The notes: generated from the letters alone by a model not told the origin. Positions 25,681 through 38,857 are shown, counted from the first letter of the stretch. The stretch is 64,000 bases of DNA from Cercozoa sp. M6MM (GCA_040357565.1 JBDODJ010000027.1); one strand, 5' to 3'. Numbers and translations are program-made.

Positions 25681-27297
25681 ATGTCAGAACTTTCGACCTC
25701 GATGCAGACGGAATCTGCTCGCAGCACGGCAGGTGAGTTTTTCGACAGACTACAGTTGACTTACCTTTTCGGCACCCCTCTGTGTTCTCAGCAACGATTG
25801 ACACGACAGAGTTCGTGACGTACAGTTTCTTGTTTGCTCTGCTTAGTGCATGGTTCAAGTTTGTGTTAATCGGGTTCGACAGAGACGCGCGCGAGCCTCT
25901 CGGTCTATGCTGCTATGATTTGTGCCTTGTCTTTGGCAAAGGAAGTGGCGAAAGAAGTGTTGTTCACGAAGCACGTGACAAAACAGTGACACTCAAAGAA
26001 GCTGATAGGTTCCGACAGCGACGGACACAAGTCACACAGGCGCTTCAAAAGAAAGGTTTCATCTGCCGACTTGTGTCTTCTAGTGACATCGATTTCCTGC
26101 TCATCCATGCTACCGACAAGCTGCTGCGAAAACACGCACAACGAAATCGATTGCCTGTGCTCTTGGAACCAGACAGTCTACGACGAGCACTCTTGGTATG
26201 CTACCAAAATGAATTTGTCACCAAATGAAGATGTGTTTCTACTTCTGTCTCTAGGAAAGGAAGGATCCTTTGGCGCTCTGTGCTGCAGAGACGGAAGAGT
26301 TGCTTCGGTGCCCTTAGATTTTCTTCAAAAAGAGCTATTTCATAACTAATATCGGTACATGTATCGGTAGAAAAGGACAGCTGTGTGGACGCTACTCGAG
26401 ATTTGAAAGCAAGCTGGCGACGCTGTTTAACGACATGCATGCACCCTACTGTCAGCAGTAACACTGATTCTGACACCGTCACTCGTACGGTAGCACTGAA
26501 GAGAACAACAGGAAATTGTATTTTTTTCAGACTTGAAGAACTCCAGTTGCTGTCGAGAACAGCGGACGTTCGAACTGGTGAGCCGTCGTGCTTCAGTGCC
26601 TTCCAACGACACCAGCTTGTGTGCACTGCGACCAAAGCGTTGAGTCTTGATGGGGTATCACCTTGACTACTGCCAGTGCCTTCCGCCAGTATCCTTGCTT
26701 TGCAGAAAAAGGTCGAAATGAGTGCTCTCCTGGATGACGACAAAGAACCGCTCAAGACCGTGTTTCCAGTACCAAACCTGCAGCACCGCGCACTGCTCCG
26801 ACAGCAAGTGGCACTGCCAAAACATTTGACCGACTGCGTGCTTGCTGCTTGTGGTTGGACACGTGCGCGAGAGCGAGTGCATTCCTCCATGCTCAAGGTG
26901 AACTTGAGCGAGTAGGACTCAGCTTGATTGGTTGCACTGACTGTACCTGTGTTGGTAGATACGCGACTACATAGGCGAGTCGTGGGCGTATTACTTTGCC
27001 TTTGTGTCTTGTTTGATTGGACACATGGTACTGCCGGTTGGCATGGCATTATTGTTGACGATGTCGAGTGCCTCGGTCGTGGAAGGTTCGTTCGCGTACC
27101 TGTGCTTTGCGTGCTGCGTCCCATGTGCCGCGTTTCTCTTCTTGCGACGCTGGAATCGACAAAGCGAGCGACTGCGACAGGCCACTGCCTTCTCGCACAC
27201 GCCAATGGACATGCGTCGACGCGGCTTCCGCGCGCACCACTTCTACTCACCCGTCGATGGCTGTGAGTTTGAACACTTACTTCTTACCTGCTGGTGG

Positions 27298-27346
<49 letters not shown>

Positions 27347-27618
27347 AGTGCTGCGCTCGTACATGCCGAGAGCAGAGTCACGCAAACGCCGCGTCGTCTC
27401 CGGAGTGGCCACACTGGCGGCTTTGTTGGTTTCGCTGTGTGCAGCCACCTTCTTGTTCTTTTTGCGTGCGCGCTGGGAGAAGTCCGACTGGCGCTGGGCT
27501 AAGCCTGTACATGCTACACTCTTTATCGTACTTCTTCTGTACATCAGTGTCCTGCTTGAGCTTGGCAGGCCTTGACAGTTGTGTCAACGACGCAAACAAC
27601 TTGTAAATACCTCCCTTC

Positions 27619-27671
<53 letters not shown>

Positions 27672-27771
27672 NNNNNNNNNNNNNNNNNNNNNNNNNNNNN
27701 NNNNNNNNNNNNNNNNNNNNNNNNNNNNNNNNNNNNNNNNNNNNNNNNNNNNNNNNNNNNNNNNNNNNNNN

Positions 27772-27836
<65 letters not shown>

Positions 27837-29001
27837 TGCGTATGCTGTCTTTGGTGCAGTGCTGACCTTGTTGGGTGCGAATCTGGTTCCTCTGCTCGTA
27901 CAGTACGAGAACCATGCCTACAAACGGCAGCACCAAGCGAGTTTCACCTTGAAATGGTTTTTGCTGCGCTTCATTGTGGCATTCCAGGTGAGATTGAGAC
28001 CCTCTTCTTCCTGCGAGCGATGCATTGCGCCTTTCTAAGAAGTTAGTTTACTTAGGCACCTCTGTTCGTTGCCTTTGTGCGGCGCGTGTTGACTGGGTGC
28101 GAGAACAACTCGTGCATGCCCTTGCTGCGCCAGGTAAGTTCGTGCCTCATTTCACGAAGACAGAACACTTTTTACGTAGGAAGTGTTCACGCTGTTCGTC
28201 ACACAAATCTTGGTGCAAAATGTGGTCGAAATCGCTGCTCCATTCGTCATGTCGAAAGTGCGCGCTTGGAGACAGAAGAACAAAGTGTCAACAACAGCAA
28301 TGACTGACGACACAAATGCTCCTGGAGTGCCGAACTTCTCAGGAGTGCCAAACCCCTCAAGAGCACGGGCGCCGGACGAGGCCAGTTTGGCGTTCGAAGA
28401 CATGACGCGAGACGACGAAGAGATCGCGAGAATTCTGTTGAGCGAGTTGCAGAAGGAGACACAGGACTCCCCGTTTGAAGACATTGGTGAACTGGTGCTG
28501 CACTTTGGGCTGATGTTTCTGTTCGCCAGTGCTGCTCCTGTGGCGCTTTCCGCGCTTGCCTTTGTCGCGGCCGTGGCCGAGTTCTGCCTCGACTGGAACA
28601 AGGTCACTCTCGTGCTGCGACGACCGAGCCTGCGTCGTAGTGGCGGCATCGGTCGGTGGAGTGTCGTGTTTGCTACACTGGGCATGCTATCCATGCCGTG
28701 CAACGTGATGCTTGTGCTCCGCGAGTCCTTTTGGGCGCAAAAGCTGGTGGAACAATATGCCTCGCCTGCGTCAGTCGCTTTGCGCATAGCAGCACTTGAG
28801 TGTTTGCTCGTTTTGCTCTATTACCAGTGTACCGTGCTCTACTTATTTTTCTCTAATTTTCACCCTTCGAGACCTCAGTATTATGTTGCAGATGCATACA
28901 AGAGCGGTCTTCACAGTGAGATCGACGAGAAGAACCAACGCAACAGACACGTGCTGCACGCGCTGGCGTTGCCACAACTTGCTAACTATGCGCACGAGTA
29001 A
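25681..29001 (+). CDS. anoctamin/TMEM16 family channel-scramblase
   Basis: YENH....QASFTLKWFLLRFIV, FEDIGELVLHFGLMFLFASAAP, EFCLDWNKV..LRRP...GIGRW. Confidence 0.85.
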
Positions 29002-29192
29002 ATGGAACAGCAACAGCGCTGCAATTGTCTAAGCAAAGAAGGGAAAGAAGCGTGCGTGTCGATTGTTAGTTAGTTCAGTCGAACCTGCGCCAAGCAGCTT
29101 TTTGCAAGCATGTCGATTGATCGTCCGTCCGACGGGCATGCAGCTAGCCTACGGTAGCGAGTCGAGTCAGTCCGTAACACACGAGACGGACG

Positions 29193-31713
29193 CTATTTAG
29201 TCAAGATGTTCCAAAGACTCCATGCGGGTGACGCCGTTTTCTCCTTCGGGGGACGTTTAGGCTCGCGGAATTTATCGAATTCGCGCTTGAACATCGATAC
29301 CGACCAGTTCCCCTTTTGATCGTTGTGGTGGGGCGTTTGGATCGTTTTCTTGCTGCAAGCAAACAAAAGCACGAGGCAGACAACTTCGCAAGACAACATA
29401 AAACATAAACTTGGAGATAAACATACTTGGATCTAATAAGGATGTGCCCCCAATGCTTTGCCAATTCGTTCGGCACTTTAACGCGATCACACGCTTTGTG
29501 CAGCAAGTGAATGCACTCCGTTGAGTTCTCTGCAGATCAGGCTCGTCCGCAGTTCAAAAAAAAGAACAAGACGCTTAATTTACCTCGTTGCGAAAGAAGC
29601 AAGAACACTTGCCGTGCAAAGCGCGGTGTGAGTCGGAAAGCATCCCTGTTGCCATCGAAGCAGTTCTCAATGAATGCAGTAGTTTCGGATGGTTGTGCGT
29701 GCCCGTATTTCTCCATCACCGCGTAGACTTCCTACAAAAACAAAGGAAAATGCGGTTGATCACCAGATATGAGTGGGAAAGAGCGGTACCACAATGGCAG
29801 CAGCCACATCGTCAAGTTCGAGCAAGCTCCTGGTCTCAGAATCTACAGCAAAGTAACACATTGAAATATTAAAAGGCATCAAAAGCTAGCAGAGCAAAAA
29901 AAGAGAAACCGTAAGGTGAGGGCGACGGGTCCAACAATCCGACTTTCAATCTCCTCAAGAGCTTTCGCACATCTTTGCTGTTTTTCGACACTTTAAACTT
30001 GTACTTCGGAGCAACTTTTGCGCAAGCCATTGCAAGCCTGTCCACAAAAACACCGTTAGAATCCAAATCATACAGGCAAACCTTTGCAGAAAAAGAGTAC
30101 ACGACATCGTCGTCGGCACAATGGGGGCCGTGCCGCAAATTCAACAGTTTCTGGCACAAAGCAATATCGCCCTCGAGTGCCATCGCCGTGGCAGCACAGA
30201 GTATGTCCTCGCTGTGGCAATAAACTCTAATACAAAACTGGATTCATCGGCAAAAATGGACTGACTCTGTGTGAGATGGCGCTTCACGAAAAATTGCATG
30301 CACCAGTTGCAGCAATGACGAATTGGCAGAGTGCGACAAGCACAGCGAGGTCAGTCTCGGCAGCAGCAGCAAAACCCCTTCCTGCTCGCACGCAACACTA
30401 GATGTAGGAGTGTAACCAGAGAGGTCACTCAAATAGCACCTGAGTTGGAAGTTGTAGATTGAGCTTTGCATCGGCTGGCGACGAAGGAAGAAAGACATGC
30501 GCCGAAGCTGCCCTGTTTCGGACTCTGTCGGCCAGCTCCAAGTCCAACAGTGCCTGTACAGCAACAGCACGAATCACTGTGTACTGCAACGGAAAGAACA
30601 AGCTATCGACACCTGCGTGAGCAGACGAGCCTTTTCGGTCACGGCCAAATGACTGCCGAAAATCTTGCGAATGAGTGGCAACACAAACGATCGTGTCTCT
30701 TCCGTGTTTTCTAAAACGAAATACAGGAAAATCTATTAAAACACATCGAGCGCACGGATCGAGATATGAAACCTCGTGTCATTTCGGCAAGTCGCCGTAG
30801 GCACGCTTCAAACTCGTTCAATTCCCTAAAACCAATCGAGCATCGTACCAGCAAGAAACATGCAAAAAAAAAAACAAAAGCACTGTGCAGAGTCCATCAA
30901 AGACACAAACGATAGCCGATATATCAGCGCCATGGGATTTCCGGCACGGTTGGTTGAAGCTTCGCCAATCAGTCGCAAAGCAGCGGTTTCGACGCAACGG
31001 CACTCTCGTTCCACAAGGGCAAACGGCACTAGAGGACACGCAAAACACACAAATACACAACAACACATAGCTTTACAAATCTAGACACACTTGTGGAAGC
31101 GACAGATGCGAGCGCTTGGAGGATTTGCACGCACGTTACAAAGGCCAGATTGCTCCATCGCTCTGGACATTGAAAGTCTCCCAGCCCTGGAGAAACACAA
31201 AGACAGATTCCGCCCAGTAGAGATTCACAGCACGGAAGGAAACAAGATACCAGTGTCTTCTTCCAAGCTAGCGATCAATCGGTCCGCGAGCTCGCTAAAC
31301 TTGGATTTGTCAGCCGCGATCTGAGTCCGAAAAAGCAAAGCACGCAGCAAGGCTCTCTCGTGCGCTGCAGGTTTCTTTCGTGCTTCAGTTTCAACCAGCA
31401 ACTGTGCGAGTGCTTCGCTCAGCACAGCTGCGTGTTCGACGTTCATCTGGGCACCATGATCACTCTCTGGTCGGCCAAAAACGGCGTTTCGCAGTGTCCG
31501 CGCCGATACATGGTCATGACCGACGTTTGCCAAGTAGACAGCATCGTTTGTCGTTCCAAAATGCGCATCGCGCTCAAACCACTGCTCCAGTGCGGTCCGC
31601 AGACCACCAGAAACCAAATTGGGCGCAGTCGGCGTGCCCGCTTCCGCGTAGAAGCGAATTACCTTGGCGCGCACCAGCCGCTGGCTGCATCGCGCGATTC
31701 TGCCCGCGTGCAT
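29193..31713 (-). CDS. hypothetical helical protein with probable mitochondrial targeting peptide (may be more than one gene)
   Basis: Arg-rich, acid-free N-terminus MHAGRIARCSQRLVRAKVIRFYA, followed by a series of GT-AG-bounded exons. No family recognised. Confidence 0.4.
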
Positions 31714-31979
31714 CGCTTAAACGAGTGCCCACGTGGCTTGAAACAACAAAGAGTGGCAGCGCGCTTCCATAAGCAACAGAGCGCACAGAGTGTTCCTGTT
31801 TGAAACCAGCGCAAACCTCAGCGCAGCCTTAATATATTCATAAAATAATAAAAACGATGACGGGTCCATCACAACAGAGCAAACTTTAGCGAACGGCAGT
31901 AGACGTCATCTCAGGTAAAGTGGGCCAGTTTCGTTGGTTGTGACTGCTTAAACTACACTAAAATGTACTTGTACTTGGA

Positions 31980-33028
31980 CTACGCGTCATGCGCGATGTC
32001 ACGCAGTCCCAGCGGCATCGGATCACCCGCATGTGGTCCAAGATCCTCCAGACTGTCGCCCTGCCCAAACGAGACGGGCCATACAAGAGCAGCGTGTATG
32101 GCATACTGAAAGCAGTACTGTCCATTGACGAACGTGCTCGTTGATCCAGTTGTAGGAGTGATGCGCAGATGAGTAGATGCCCCGTCCTGTGGCACTGCAC
32201 GGGAACGACGCCATCGAGGCGATGCCGACAATCTGCGCCTCGCGTGAAAACGAACCGAGGTAAATAAAAACAGGCCGACACGGAGAAAACTGAACTCACA
32301 CGGTAGCCCTTCGAAATGTCATCGTATTGCATCAGCGGGCCACCCTACACAGCCCAAGAACGCAGTGAGTATGTATGAAGGCAGATCACAAGGGGTACCG
32401 AGTCGCCTGAGCAGACGCCCTGTGGACCGTTCGCAACCGTCAGGACATCACCACTCTCAATCACTGTAGACTTGCCTGCACGCACGCAAAAGATCACATT
32501 CGTACTCGGCAAGAACATATGGTGGACTGGGGTACCCGTGCGGTGAATGCCAGCACGCGGACTGCCATAGCTGCGGTCGATTCCGTAGCCTACCACCGTG
32601 GCTACAGCACAATCATTTATCTCTGCCACCCTACCCCCACACTACCTCAGTTACCTTCAGTATGCAGCAAGCCAGGACGTCGAGAGACTTCGTAGAAAGG
32701 CTCTGTGCATGCACATTCTAATGCATTTTGTGTGAGTTCAACGTATAGCAAGCATACGACGCCACAGACGAGTGTTGAGGTGCATCACACACACATCTTC
32801 GTAGGGAGGCGTCCTACAACACATCAAACCAGTACATTTTCTCGAAACTGTCAGTGTTGTAATGCAGACAATGGGTAAAATTACATGCCCTGGTTGGCAA
32901 AGGATTTCACAGTTGACAACAGATGGGCATTTTTCGATTGCCCTTGGCCATAATGCGGATGGTCAACATCGCCTCCGGTCCAAATCTCGTAACCACTACG
33001 GCAACATGGCAAAAGGCACACACACACA

Positions 33029-33083
<55 letters not shown>

Positions 33084-33643
33084 CACACCCTAGTTACCTG
33101 CCCTTCTTGTTATTGATATCGACCACGCAGCAATGCATCGCAGTCAGCACCACCTCAGGGTGGATCAAAGTGCCAGTGCACAAGTTGTCCGTCTTTCCAG
33201 AGTTTTGCGGATGGCGGATGCGAACAGCGACTGTACCCTTCCAGTATTCACCTGCAGTCGATCATTAAACAGTCTTACATGTGCAATATCTCGTTACTCA
33301 GTTGAGTGCTACCTTTCGTTTCATAGCCACCCACAACTTGTACAAAGCCGTCGCCAAATCCGTTCTTCTCCGCTACTTCGTACGTGTGTCTCACGAGGTC
33401 GCGCGACTCCTCCGGGCTGGAAACACAAGGAGAAACCCATGGGTACAAGTGAAGGGGCAACGGGTAAGGGGCAGAAAGTACTGTAAAGGGAAGGGTGAGG
33501 TAAATGGGGTTTAAGGGGTACGATACAAAAGAAACAAAACACAAGAGAAACAAAACACAAGAGAAACAAATGATTGCCCAAACTTACCTGCTCTCGCCCG
33601 ATACTAGAGCTGCACCCAGCAGCACACTCTTCAGCCAATGCAT
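31980..33643 (-). CDS. secreted S1 (chymotrypsin-fold) serine protease
   Basis: Signal peptide MHWLKSVLLGAALVSG and mature N-terminus VVGG. Catalytic triad motifs: CTGTLIHPEVVLTAMHC (His), EDVCVMHL (Asp), VCSGDS|GGPL (Ser). Also IVGIAS and YNWI. Confidence 0.88.
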
Positions 33644-33844
33644 TCTTTGGTGCAACCGCTGCTGTACTGCACAATCGTACAGTTAAAGTCGATCGGTTTT
33701 CACAAAAACTAACGGTTTTCCTGCCAACGATTTTGCACTTCAACACTGCCAAAAGGTGCAAACAAATGATTCTGTGTTTAGCTTCGCCGCTGATGGATTG
33801 TTGCGGTGCAAGCGGTCGCCGCAATTCGATATCAAATTCGTGTC

Positions 33845-33854
33845 TGACCCATGA
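33845..33854 (+). promoter_or_regulatory. snRNA upstream sequence element (USE/PSE) of U4
   Basis: TGACCCATGA starts 71 nt upstream of the U4 5' end and resembles the TGACCCAT-type USE of protist snRNA genes. Confidence 0.7.
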
Positions 33855-33915
33855 CACCAAGTATAATAACAAAGTAGTTTCTAATTGGATTGTCAACTAT
33901 TCCCCGAAGCTAAGC

Positions 33916-34074
33916 ATCCTTAACCAGGGGCGATATCGCGCGTTGTGAAGGGAAACCTGAACGGCGATTATTGCTAGTTGAAAACTAAACCCAATAACCC
34001 CGGTGGATGTGCGCCTCTGACCTACGGGCCATGTGCCTTCCGCCAATTTCTGGCGGGCAAGCTTCGCGCTGCCT
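33916..34074 (+). ncRNA. U4: U4 spliceosomal snRNA
   Basis: 5' ATCCTT..CAGGGGC (U6 stem II). Kink-turn hairpin ATCGC..TGA AGG GAAA CCT GA..GCGAT. Conserved GCGATTATTGCTAGTTGAAAACT..CCCAATA. Sm site AATTTCTGG (34045-34053) followed by a 3' hairpin. Confidence 0.93.
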
Positions 34075-36207
34075 CAAACCCCTTCACATTCCTTTTTTGT
34101 TTTTTGTTGCGAGGCTTGTCGCGTTCCAGGTTCCGGGTTCCCTCGCGCTAAATCGAGGGCAGCTTCGCCACCAGCGCCGCGTTTTGCGACTCGCGACGAG
34201 TCTGTTCGCGCTGTCGGAAGCAAAGCGACTTCACTGCATCTCGTGGCTTGTCCTGCGGAATGAACAGCGAACCCCCTCTTCGTGCGCTCTGCACACACCA
34301 AACAGAAGTCAGCCAGTTTATAAGCACAGTGCACTGACACTACAAATCGTACTGGGTTGCGTTGCGCTGCTGCGATTAACGGTTTGACATCGTGCATGCC
34401 GCCTCTGGCGCCGGTGACCACAGCAGGTGGCGCAGCAGCGCGCAGGTTTTCTTGCTTGGGTCTGACAAGTGCAGTCTGTTTAGGGTTCGTCGGATTGCTG
34501 CTGCCGCCTTTGGGCAAGCACTGCGCTTCCTCTTGAGCTTCACTCGGCGAGGACAGTGCGCGGACACGGGGACCTTCAGTTTGTGCCCAGTGCCTTGGTG
34601 CCCATGAAGCAATTTCTAGTGTCTTCGATTTGCTGCTGCCAGTGCTTTGCTTTGATTCCACACTCGCGCAGCAGCTGCTGGGTGAGGCAACTTTCAACGG
34701 GGACGAACTCAACTCCCGCTCTCGGAAATACTCAACCGCGGTGGGGGAGCATGCACCCTTGATGTCGCCGACGTAGCATGGGTCCCGAAAGAGCGTCCGG
34801 TGCGGGCTCACGAGTGGTTTGGGCCTTGCTCCTTGGACATCATCGGTGCGAAGAGCCAAGTGGGGCCGCAGTTCAGGATCTCTTGGCCATACGTGCTGTT
34901 TCGCCCGCGCTCCAACAGGTACGCCCATGCAGGATCCGTCGCTGCCTGCTCTTTCTCCTTGCAGGCGCTCGTTCTAAAGTGAAATTTTGTTTAAATTGTA
35001 TGAGATTTCTGTCAATCTTAAATTACTTGAGTTGCCTGAGAGGAAATACCAGCTCGTATTCAGAGACGCGACCGACGCGTGAGTCGCCTTCTTTCACAAA
35101 CTGCTGCTTTCCAAGCAGCGCAAACTGTCGAGGTTTCTCCACCTCTTTAACCACAAGATGCGAAATGTTATCCGTAGGAGCACGCGAGTTTCGCCAACAG
35201 TCGTATGGATAGCGAGGCTCAAGCGGCGAAGTCTTGCCAACACGAACAGCGGGTCTAAACTTGTGCTCAGCTCCGCACGGCGTTGAGTTTGCATCGTCGG
35301 TTCGCATGATGTTGCGTGGGGCACGTTTGCTCAAAACAGCGTCTTTGTGCGACATGGCATACACTGACAACTGCGCTTTGTTCAGATGATCGCGTGGCTT
35401 GCAGTACGACTGTGGTAACGGAGATGGCGAAGCGCCTTCGATGTCCGAAACGTCAATTGAATCACGAATAAATCTGGGTACTGGAAGCGGTGCAGGGGCT
35501 TGTGAGTGACCGGGGAGTTTGTACCTACCGAAAAACACATGTAGTGACTCGAGGTAAACCAGTGTGACGAACTCGAAATGTACTGCGGGTTAAGAGGGTC
35601 AGTGCGACGTTTGTACAGGTGCTTTGCGACCTTCTTAGGTTTGGCACCAGGGATGTCTCTCACGTCGTACAAGTTTGGGCGCACCAGCAACTGTCTCGGG
35701 GGCTGCCATATGTCACTCGTGCGGAGAGCCAAATCGCCTCGCTTTCGCGGCATCAAACTGTCACTCTGGTCGAAAGGTGCCTCGCCCGGTGGTTGAAATG
35801 GTCGCGTGATATCAGTTCCCCGCCTTCGTGGCTGCACAATACTCAAGTGACAAGATCAAAGCAGCGAAAGTCGAAAAGCAGTTTGACATCTTCGGGTGGC
35901 GGGCTATTCGCGCGAGGTCCCGGTCGCGGCAGAATGTTTGGCATGCCAGTTTGCAGTCTCAGCCCGAACTCCCTGATGACTTGGTTGCTGGAGTCTTCCC
36001 TCTTCCGTGCCGCGTGATACGACGCGAAACGCTGCTGCAGATCTATCGTATGTAAAAGAACGATCGGGGAGTTTCGTTCCCCTTCCCTTCTTTAAGGAAA
36101 CAGGGGACACGGCTTTTGGCTCCTCATTACGGTTGGAGGAAATTCACTACGGTTCGGTTGTCGGAAAATCCTCCAACGCAATTACTGCGGCCAGGCGCGG
36201 TGTCATG
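34074..36207 (-). CDS. repeat protein with DIxGAxP and (N/D/S)PLxPxY motifs, probably ciliary/microtubule-associated (ends uncertain)
   Basis: LRTSDI, YDVRDIPGAKPK, RTDPLNPQY, DVSDIEGASP, TSPLEPRY, LRTDDVQGARPK, DIKGACSP. Confidence 0.55.
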
Positions 36208-36330
36208 AACATAATTTTAACTGCAAGTTTGACGAAGTCGAACGGAATTTTTCTTTGGAACTAGTTTCGTTCCACATTTCGCTTCTGTCAGGTTTAGTTT
36301 AATGTGGCGCTTGTACAGTCGAGTGCCGAA

Positions 36331-36486
36331 TCAAACGACAAAACGCATTCCCTTTGCAACGGCTTGGATTTCCTCGGGCGTGGACTGACGTCCAAGCATA
36401 TCATTGCGATGTGGAAATCGGCCGAACAGTTCTGAAACAATATACCATGTGCTATACCCTGTGTGTGCGTGTGTGTTACCAATGAC

Positions 36487-36577
<91 letters not shown>

Positions 36578-37575
36578 CAATGACTTCCTTGTGCTTCACA
36601 AAGTTTTCAAGACTTGTTTGCAACAAGTCTTGATGCGGATGATTTGCAGGAGTACGCTCAATGAGTTGCTTTAACAGCTCGATGCCCTTGTTTTGAAGCT
36701 TTAAACTCTCACTGTGCATGTACGGGTGGTAAACGAGACACGCAGCGGATGGGTGAATCTCCTGAGCTGCGCGGACGTCTACACCTGTTTCGACGCTAAC
36801 TTGCATTAAACACGCACAAAAACACAAGCGCATTTAATTCGAGTGGCCCTAAGACTTGGGGTGATTTAAAGGAATTAAAGTTACAAGCGATCTGCCAACT
36901 CCTGCGCGTGCTTGTCAGCAGAAAACGAGACGGCACTGGGATGCCTCAACACAACAGTTAGTCTTCAGCTTCGGCAACGAGGAAGCTTTGAGATACGCTA
37001 ATTATCCTCTCAGTACCTGTCGCGAAAAAGATGTCGTGTGAATTGGTCTAAAACGATAACGCTAGCCGTTGCTTCATGCGGGTTTTCGGCGTCAAAGTCG
37101 TAGAATTTCTGTTTCACACACGGGGTTGGGGTAAAGTTAATGGGGGGGGGGGGCAAAGGGCAAAGGGGCAAAGAAACAAAGGAGCAAAGGAGCAAAGACG
37201 CAAAGGGGATAAGTGATAGTAGATTGATAGTTCTTACATCGGGCCACCCGTCGATGTTCTCCATAGCAAACTTGAGGTCCATTCCAAATTCTTCGCGGAT
37301 GTGATTGTCGAACTCGAGTCCGCCCATGTACCACCTGCTAGCCGACTTCAGAATTCTCTTCTCACAGGCATTCACACAGCAGGGAACGAGGCGTTAGTTC
37401 ATACCGCTTGTAAATCTCGGGGGAGATAGCCGCGTTTACTCCCGGAAGAGCGCCTCCATACCTATATATCTAACTCATCAAGATAAAACGACTCCACTCC
37501 TTTTTCTCTCATTGGGCTGGCAAACCAAAAGCGCAGAACGTGATGCGCCAGGGGCCGGAAGGATTGGTATGACAT
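36331..37575 (-). CDS. DUF924 family protein
   Basis: VLRFWF, RWYMGG.EFDNHIREEF, VIVLDQFTRHLFRD, YHPYMHSES, H..VIELFGRFPHRNDMLGRQSTPEE. Confidence 0.9.
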
Positions 37576-38040
37576 GGTTTCTCTTGCAATGCCGCAGTTC
37601 CTGACAGTCGTTTTAGCACTGAGCTGTGAGAGGTTCCTAGCGCTCGTCTTTAGGCTCAGCTGCTGCGCAGCAGTCAAAGTTTGACGGACGCGTTTTCTTG
37701 GGACAAAGGTGACCCTTCCGCTTGTGTCATTTGATGACCGGGAGCATGCGAAGTTCGCGCTGTCGCAAGGTCGCGGCTTGTGATTCTTGTGTAAATCCGA
37801 CTTCTTGCGAAGCCAGAAGCACAGCCGTTCTGGGAGAGGCAGCAGGCTCCTGGCCAGATGTTTATTTTTGATGAGAAGGAACCTGATTCCAGAAGTGGTC
37901 AGCTGCCAGTTTCTGGTGATCAGGAATGGGCTCAGAATGGGCTCGGTGAGTCGAATTGAATAACAATAATAATTTGAGTCGTTACAGTACAGTAATTCAA
38001 GCGTTGTGACAGTGCTTGGAGTACCAGGAGTAGTCCGGGT

Positions 38041-38802
38041 ATGTCTGTTTTGCTACGAACGTCGCTGGGCGACCTCACGGTACAGTTGTTGGTGTGCCGA
38101 TTTAATTTAGTACGCTTGTTTTCTGGGTTGTGGCAGGTCGAACTGCACACCAAGGAGTGTCCGAAGCTCTCGCGGAACTTTTTGCGTCTGTGCGCAGGTA
38201 TTCCGCGCCGTTGTAGCAGATTTAATGGTTATTGCTATCCAATGTGTAGCGCACTACTATGACAACTGCATTTTCCACCGAGTCGAAAGCGACTTTGCTG
38301 CGAAGTGCGGTGACCCGGAGTTTGGGTACTTTACCACTCTTTCTTCCATTATGGACTTGCTCACTCTCGGAGCAATTTTAGTTTGCGCGGTGGACGCGAT
38401 CCTGAGGGTGCTGGAACTTCGTATGACGGTGCCTTCCCGCACGCATATCTCTCCCTCCACTTGTAACTTTGATGCAACCACAGGGCTGAGGGGCAAAGGA
38501 GATCAATTCGTCGCTGACGAACTTTCGCGACACTTGCTACACGACCGACTGGGCACACTCAGGTCCGTGTGAATGACTTCTGGTTCTATCCGGCTTTCAT
38601 GTAATATTGTATACACTTGCAGCATGGCTAACATGGCGCCAAACAAGAATGCATCTCAATTCCGCATCACGTTGCGCGATGGCGTAGCTTATAAATCTCT
38701 TCGTCCCTTTGTTGCGCCTTTACCCTATGTGTGCAGCCGGTTTCGAGTCTTGACGGCAAGCACTCAGTGTTTGGTCGTGTCACTGAGGTACTCGCACACT
38801 AC

Positions 38803-38857
<55 letters not shown>

